Shown: one piece after another, positions 58,790 to 64,000 of the stretch | Layout of the letters: each line of letters starts with the position of its first letter | How positions within the stretch are numbered: position 1 is the first letter of the stretch | Origin: an uncultured Alphaproteobacteria bacterium | GTDB lineage: Bacteria; Pseudomonadota; Alphaproteobacteria; Rs-D84 | NCBI GenBank assembly: GCA_951801825.1 | Contig: CATOOF010000001.1 | Location: 8,936-72,935, forward strand | Reading direction: 5' to 3' | Length of the DNA stretch: 64,000 nucleotides | The notes under the pieces: model-generated | Seen by the model: the letters and a program-made list of their open reading frames with translations, nothing else | The model's database searches: none | What the model was told of the DNA's origin: nothing | Made by a program: the position numbers and the translations under genes

Positions 58790-58818
58790 GCCGCCCCAAA
58801 CGGGGCGGATATTTTTTT
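58790..58818 (+). terminator. rho-independent terminator
   Basis: CCGCCCC-AAAC-GGGGCGG followed by ATATTTTTTT. Confidence 0.65.
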
Positions 58819-58829
58819 ATCATCCGGGT

Positions 58830-60341
58830 CTATTGAATACCCACCTGAAATTCGTCACCATATCCGGCGACCACCTGGCCGCGGATAGAGCATTTTATAT
58901 CTTCGAACCCGCCTTTGACCTGGTTCTTTTTTATTACATTACTGGTAATCAATCCGCCGGCCGTACCCAATACAACCCCTGCAACAGAATCCGACACCAG
59001 GCGCGATGTATTAAAGTTGCCTTCCTTATTCTTCCATACAGACGTATTTAAACCATCCTTCAGCCTGTTTAAATTGCTGACTATCGAGCTAATAAGCTGT
59101 TGTTGTGCCTGGGCGCTGATATCGCAGCGCATCGTTGTACGATTTAATTGCTTTTTTTCGTCATTACATCTGCATTCATCACCAACCATATGGGCATCGG
59201 GAATTTTATCGCACAGCTTTTCTTCCTCGCTGGGTTCCGGCGCCAATGCACAGTTTTGCGGATTCAGCCCCAGTAACGCCGTATACAACGACATAAATCC
59301 TTCTTGTGTTTTGTCCGCCGACGCACAGTATGTATCTATCTGGGCAATCTGCTGTATGATTTCACTGTTTTCAGCGCAGGCCACCTTCCAGTTTGCAATA
59401 GTAGCCATTATCGTTGCATCACACGTATAAACCGCGACTGGCTGGCCGGAGTCAGGATTCGGATTCGTTACCACTGGCGCAACGGCAACGGCAACAGCCG
59501 AAACAGCCTTTTTTACACATTTTGCGTAAAGACGCTTACCATCGTGTGTTTTCCAACCTTTATTTTCCTCTGCCGGGGAAAATGTGCTTTCGCATTCAAC
59601 AATCATTGTTGTTGAGCCCTGCTTATCGTAATGACACTTTCGATAACAGTTCTTGGCACCCATTTTTGTTTGAGAATCCAAACAAGATACATATGCATCC
59701 TTACAGCTTGAAGAAACACACTCTTTTTTCGCACTGTTATATTCACCGCTATTTCCGCATGTAATATACAGACAGGCATCCCCGCTTGCCACGATTACGC
59801 CGGATGCACCATCCAGAGACTTGCTTACAGTTGCTTTTATTTCCGCCTTTGTCCCCGTGGCCTGTTTATCTTGTATAGGGCTGTCACTGCAGATTGGCAG
59901 GCTGAACTTTTCCCACACGTCATCCGTGAAACCTGTACGACATTTAAAAACATCTGAGCCGTTTGTAACAATTGTCCCGTTTGGGCACTCATAATGCTCG
60001 CCTATTTGGTATGTGTCACACTCTAAACATTGATCTCCAAAATATAAGTATTCTTTCGCCTCATAAGAGACAGATATTTTTCCACCCAAATTGCTACCGA
60101 CAACATAACCGGCATAGCCGCCCATTATCATCCCACCCGGAATCGGAGAGACAAAACCCGCCAATGCACCCCGTCTGGCGCCAATTAACGCGGCCAAATT
60201 TTTTATAGACGATTTTGCACCGCATTTGCTGGTCAGATAGCAGGCGTTTGTAATATCGTCATTTGTTCCAGCCTTTGCGGCTATTGGTAATATAGTTGAC
60301 ACACAAAGAATACATACGCAAAGTGTCTGTTTTATATTCAT
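58830..60341 (-). CDS. Large secreted cysteine-rich protein
   Basis: Signal peptide MNIKQTLCVCILCVSTILPIAAKA; about 40 Cys; CxxC / ECPNGT-type motifs loosely related to the paralog family at 18105, 18939 and 37093. Confidence 0.5.
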   Translation of the reverse strand: MNIKQTLCVCILCVSTILPIAAKAGTNDDITNACYLTSKCGAKSSIKNLAALIGARRGALAGFVSPIPGGMIMGGYAGYVVGSNLGGKISVSYEAKEYLYFGDQCLECDTYQIGEHYECPNGTIVTNGSDVFKCRTGFTDDVWEKFSLPICSDSPIQDKQATGTKAEIKATVSKSLDGASGVIVASGDACLYITCGNSGEYNSAKKECVSSSCKDAYVSCLDSQTKMGAKNCYRKCHYDKQGSTTMIVECESTFSPAEENKGWKTHDGKRLYAKCVKKAVSAVAVAVAPVVTNPNPDSGQPVAVYTCDATIMATIANWKVACAENSEIIQQIAQIDTYCASADKTQEGFMSLYTALLGLNPQNCALAPEPSEEEKLCDKIPDAHMVGDECRCNDEKKQLNRTTMRCDISAQAQQQLISSIVSNLNRLKDGLNTSVWKNKEGNFNTSRLVSDSVAGVVLGTAGGLITSNVIKKNQVKGGFEDIKCSIRGQVVAGYGDEFQVGIQ

Positions 60342-60559
60342 TTTTCCCCCAAATTACCGCCGCCTGAAAAACGGTGGTTTAATTAGGCATATATCTATGC
60401 CTTGTTTTTAGACATTTTAGCATATTTTCAGCCCTTTTCCAAATTCAATTTTCTGCCTAAAAAAAAGGACCGTTTTCCTGATGCGGAAATGTTCTCTCAA
60501 CACGACGGCGCCCTAAATACAAATCAAGAAAAAACACACGCCCCATTTGGGGTGGTGGT

Positions 60560-61846
60560 TTATTTATATTCGGAAATCATCTGGGCAATCTGGGCGGCCA
60601 ATACCAGGTCTGTTTTCTTTGCCTTTTCAACCTGGGCAATCGCATACAAAACAGTGGCATGATTACGATCACCCACCAGGCGGCCTATTTCCGTCAGGGA
60701 CATTGTTGTCGCCCCCTTTAACACGGCCATCATTGTCTGACGCGCCATAACCAGCCCGCGTGCGCGACCCGTGCCGCATACCGCATCATAGGAAACGCCC
60801 AGCTTTTCGCACATGGATTTTACCATTGCAATCGGTGTTTTTGCTTTCTGCAGAGTATCCGCCAGCAAACGCTGTGCCACATCCATATCAACCGGCGCCC
60901 CCATTAATTCTGCATATGTCTTGATTTTGGTAACAACGCCCGCTACAACATGGCCATCAGATGCCATGCGCGGCAAAATAGCGTCTACAACATCTGCAGC
61001 AACACCGGCACGACGCAGCATTACGCGCTTTACATGCGCGTTTGGCGCCGCAATATCCGCCACCAGACCCGACGCCAGCACGGACTGTGCACGGCGGTCA
61101 AACCCGGTCAGATTATTCGGCGCACCGGACGCGGTCAGAACAACATTTTTGCCCGCCGCGCGCAAATCCATAACCAACTGCAGGAATTCATCCGTCGATG
61201 CACGCTTTCCGGACAAGGCCTGAACATCGTCCAAAATAAAAATATCACAATTGCGGCAGTAATCCTTGAATGCAAAAACACTTTTTTCATGCAGGCTGCG
61301 CGTGAATTCTGCAACGAACTGGCCGCCGGACATCAGAATTGCGCGCCCCGCCGACGCCGCCTTGATGCAACCCGCCAACATCGATTTTCCCGCGCCAGAC
61401 GCACCATAAATAAACAGCGGCGAAAAAGATACCGCGCCGGAGGCAACTTTCTTGCATGCGGACAAAACAAACGCGTTTTCATCACATGCCACAAATTCAT
61501 CAAACGCCGCCGCATTCTCTGCCGGTGCCGCCGCCGTCTGTGCCGCTGGTGCATATGCCGCCGCCGCATTGTCGTTTGCAATAATTGCCGCCGGTGCCGA
61601 TGTGCGAACACATACCTTTAATCCTAGGCCGAATTCGGCCGCAATGGCGGACAATACATTGGAATAAACACTGCTGATAAAATCGGCCGAGAACTGATTC
61701 TGGGCACCCAACACCAAATCGTTGCCGGAAATATCAAAATCAAGGGGCGCAATCCAGGATGTAAACGCGGCAGAATCTATTTTTGCGGCAATGGCCCCCT
61801 TGATTGTTTCCAAGTTTGTCATTTCTTTTTTTGCCGCTGTCTGCAT
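60560..61846 (-). CDS. dnaA: Chromosomal replication initiator DnaA (divergent)
   Basis: AAA+ core (GASGAGKSML, …ILDDVQ…) and C-terminal DNA-binding domain …ARQTMMAVLKGATTMSLTEIGRLVGDRNHATVLYA…. Confidence 0.75.
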   Translation of the reverse strand: MQTAAKKEMTNLETIKGAIAAKIDSAAFTSWIAPLDFDISGNDLVLGAQNQFSADFISSVYSNVLSAIAAEFGLGLKVCVRTSAPAAIIANDNAAAAYAPAAQTAAAPAENAAAFDEFVACDENAFVLSACKKVASGAVSFSPLFIYGASGAGKSMLAGCIKAASAGRAILMSGGQFVAEFTRSLHEKSVFAFKDYCRNCDIFILDDVQALSGKRASTDEFLQLVMDLRAAGKNVVLTASGAPNNLTGFDRRAQSVLASGLVADIAAPNAHVKRVMLRRAGVAADVVDAILPRMASDGHVVAGVVTKIKTYAELMGAPVDMDVAQRLLADTLQKAKTPIAMVKSMCEKLGVSYDAVCGTGRARGLVMARQTMMAVLKGATTMSLTEIGRLVGDRNHATVLYAIAQVEKAKKTDLVLAAQIAQMISEYK

Positions 61847-62165
61847 GCCGTTTCTCCTTTCCTTCCCTAAAAGAGTTTCCTGCCGCGCAAGAGTGTAAAA
61901 ATCACCTGCACATAAACGCTAAATTTTACTTGTCCCTATCTGGATTCATAAAAATTTAGTGTTTATGTCTGCCCTACTTCTACTCTCTCTCGCTGTTTGT
62001 TTTGATCGATTCTCTCAATCGTTGGATACGTCTGTTACGTTATAAGATAAAATTCTATTTGCAACTCAATAGTAAACAATTTTCGAACATTTATTTTTTG
62101 ACAACGATTCGTTTTTTTGCCAGATTTCTGCGCCTTGTATATACACTGTATATACAGGAATGGAA

Positions 62166-63179
62166 TCATGTACGAACGTATCCGCCGTCTGTTTTTCTAA
62201 CCAAACCCTGCAATTCCAAGATGACTAAATCACGCTTGATTTCCGAAATAGATTTTTTGACAACGTCTGCCAATACAGATTCGGATACCGCAATCGTGCC
62301 AATTGCGTTAAGCAGAATATTTTCTGGTGCGGATTTTTTTTCTTTTTCATTCTCATTTTGTTTCTGTGGGAAAAAATCCGATATACCACTGCATAATTTT
62401 GCCGCCCCGCGCGCAATCAGTGAATTGGGCCCGGCACTTCTGGAATCCGCCGGATGCGACGGAATTGCCCATATTTCACGCCCCAGTTCGGCGACGAATC
62501 GAGCGGTGCTCATACTGCCTGAATTTAAATCGGCCTCTCCCAGTATCAGTTTTTCGGCAATTCCCGCCACCAGGCGGTTGCGCTGTATAAAATTAGTGGC
62601 ATTTGGCACATAGCCTACCGGCATTTCGCTGACGACAACGCCGCGCTCTGTGATTCGACGATACAGCGATTCGTTTTCTATCGGCCATACATAATCCGCC
62701 CCACCGGCCAACACCGCAACCGTCTGGGCATTTCCCGGGGCCGCCAACGCGCCCAGGTGCGCCGCGGCATCGGTTCCCATCGCCATTCCTGAGACAACCG
62801 CAACACCGTGCGATGCGAATTCACATGCCATATCGCGCATAAACCCCATACCTGCCGCGGTTGCATGACGCGTGCCGACCATCGCAACCGCCCGACGCCC
62901 CAGCGCGGCCAAATTCCCACGCGCGCTAATAACAGGCGGATGATTTTTTACCGCACGCAGGCCGGCCGGATACATCGGGTCGTCATCACATATATAATAT
63001 ATGCCCTTGGACGCGGCGGCGTCCATTTCACGCAGCACCATGTCGCGATGGGACTGCCCCAAATTCATGGCGGCCGCGGCCGCGGCCGGCGAACCATGTT
63101 CCGCAACCAGCCTTGCATAGCGTACCGGTCCGATACGCGGCGCACGCAACACCAGCAATTTTTCAAATAAATCGTTCAT
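62166..63179 (-). CDS. dprA: DNA-processing protein DprA (Smf)
   Basis: Rossmann-like DprA domain …VVSGMAMGTDAAAH…, 337 aa. Confidence 0.8.
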   Translation of the reverse strand: MNDLFEKLLVLRAPRIGPVRYARLVAEHGSPAAAAAAMNLGQSHRDMVLREMDAAASKGIYYICDDDPMYPAGLRAVKNHPPVISARGNLAALGRRAVAMVGTRHATAAGMGFMRDMACEFASHGVAVVSGMAMGTDAAAHLGALAAPGNAQTVAVLAGGADYVWPIENESLYRRITERGVVVSEMPVGYVPNATNFIQRNRLVAGIAEKLILGEADLNSGSMSTARFVAELGREIWAIPSHPADSRSAGPNSLIARGAAKLCSGISDFFPQKQNENEKEKKSAPENILLNAIGTIAVSESVLADVVKKSISEIKRDLVILELQGLVRKTDGGYVRT

Positions 63180-63268
63180 AATATAAAAGTATAAAAAATT
63201 TTACCTATCCGCCGAAAGGAAAATATGCACCCCGGCCTAAAAAAAATCCCCCGTACAGGGGGGAGATT

Positions 63269-63988
63269 TTATAATGCGGAATCCAGCGACAACAAATAGT
63301 CATAATTTATTTCCGTACACTCTTTTGGCCGCTCTGCATCACCGCTGATTTTATCCCATGCCTCGCATGCTGACTTCAGGCTCTTTATCTGTTCCATAAT
63401 CTGGCCATATCTTGTCGAGTCGTTTTTCTTTAACACCGCCAGCTGGGAATACAGCAACTCGTTGTCCTTCAGCGCTTTTTGCCCCTGGACACTGCCGCCA
63501 ATCAGCTTGTTTCCAAACAGTTCCATGGCCCCCACGCCAAGTGCCGCACCACCAACCGCACCGCCAACGGTTCCCCATGTGCGCGCGGTTTTCTTGGCAT
63601 CAAGTATACGTTTTTCCAGCGATTTTTCATCCGCCCACGATCCGCATGTTATCGTCTGGCCCATTTCAAAATATTTTGCCGGAATGTCCGCAACACTTAC
63701 CTTTGCATCATCGGACTTCATCTCAACACGAACAAAACAAGTATTGTTTTCCGGTTCATCAACATCTTCGACCATGGATGCATAATTGTTGATATTGCTA
63801 TATCGCGACGCCCAGACAAAAGTATTGCCCACGCCTATATTATTATTAATGCAGGCCGCTTTTTCCTTTTCGCGCATATCCTTTTTTTCTTCTTCTGTCG
63901 GGATAGTTGCCTCTGGGGTGTCAACCTTTATACTGGGTTTGCTCACAGATGAGTCAGCCCCGACCGACATCGATGCCATTGACGCCAT
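63269..63988 (-). CDS. Hypothetical protein (N-terminus may lie beyond the window end)
   Basis: 239 aa ORF that is still open at 63988. Confidence 0.3.
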   Translation of the reverse strand: MASMASMSVGADSSVSKPSIKVDTPEATIPTEEEKKDMREKEKAACINNNIGVGNTFVWASRYSNINNYASMVEDVDEPENNTCFVRVEMKSDDAKVSVADIPAKYFEMGQTITCGSWADEKSLEKRILDAKKTARTWGTVGGAVGGAALGVGAMELFGNKLIGGSVQGQKALKDNELLYSQLAVLKKNDSTRYGQIMEQIKSLKSACEAWDKISGDAERPKECTEINYDYLLSLDSAL

Positions 63989-64000
63989 CGCATTAAGCTG

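Noticed and set aside
62002-62613. 203-aa + strand ORF
   Set aside because: Starts in the AT-rich dnaA-dprA spacer and runs antisense through dprA; no family resemblance.
1-64000. CRISPR arrays, rRNA genes, tmRNA/RNase P/SRP RNA
   Set aside because: No direct-repeat/spacer periodicity was seen, and no rRNA-like conserved stretches. The only structured non-coding candidate (43867-44125) lacks the conserved tmRNA or SRP motifs.

Overview
The window reads as chromosomal backbone from a diderm (Gram-negative-type) bacterium, probably host-associated and of uncertain phylum.

The first 13.4 kb is one long minus-strand ribosomal super-operon: str + S10 + spc (rpsL-rpsG-fusA-tuf-rpsJ-rplCDWB-rpsS-rplV-rpsC-rplP-rpmC-rpsQ-rplNXE-rpsNH-rplFR-rpsE'). 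A strong sigma70-like promoter lies upstream of rpsL.

The remainder mixes housekeeping genes with several accessory surface-related loci. Housekeeping: mltG, tRNA-Pro, fabF-acpP, lepA, rbfA, pal, ftsEX-DUF218-plsC, tolB, fba, efp, ppa, dnaN, cdaA, asmA, rluC, uvrC-pgsA, dnaJ, parE, dnaA, dprA.

Most notable accessory features:
- A tandem cluster of five secreted Ala/Thr-rich coiled-coil surface-fibre proteins (26.3-32.6 kb). One carries phage-tail-fibre-type repeats and one a collagen-like GXY tract; they share N- and C-terminal modules.
- A paralogous family of secreted cysteine-rich proteins with a eukaryote-like CxxCPxGxY module, in four copies.
- Two surface-glycan modification genes interrupted at homopolymeric tracts, which suggests slipped-strand phase variation: a GT2/GT92-like glycosyltransferase with a G11 tract, and a LicD-family phosphotransferase with an A9 tract immediately upstream of a TagD-like glycerol-3-phosphate cytidylyltransferase.
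- A degenerate P4-type integrase remnant beside acpP, an orphan BrnA-like antitoxin, and a VirB2/TrbC-like small membrane protein.
- A structured ~260-nt intergenic element downstream of efp, and an AT-rich candidate oriC/dnaA-control region with tandem TGTATATACA palindromes.

Gene order is scrambled relative to canonical synteny (dnaA without dnaN, dnaJ without dnaK, tolB far from pal).

No CRISPR array, rRNA gene or intact transposon was seen.
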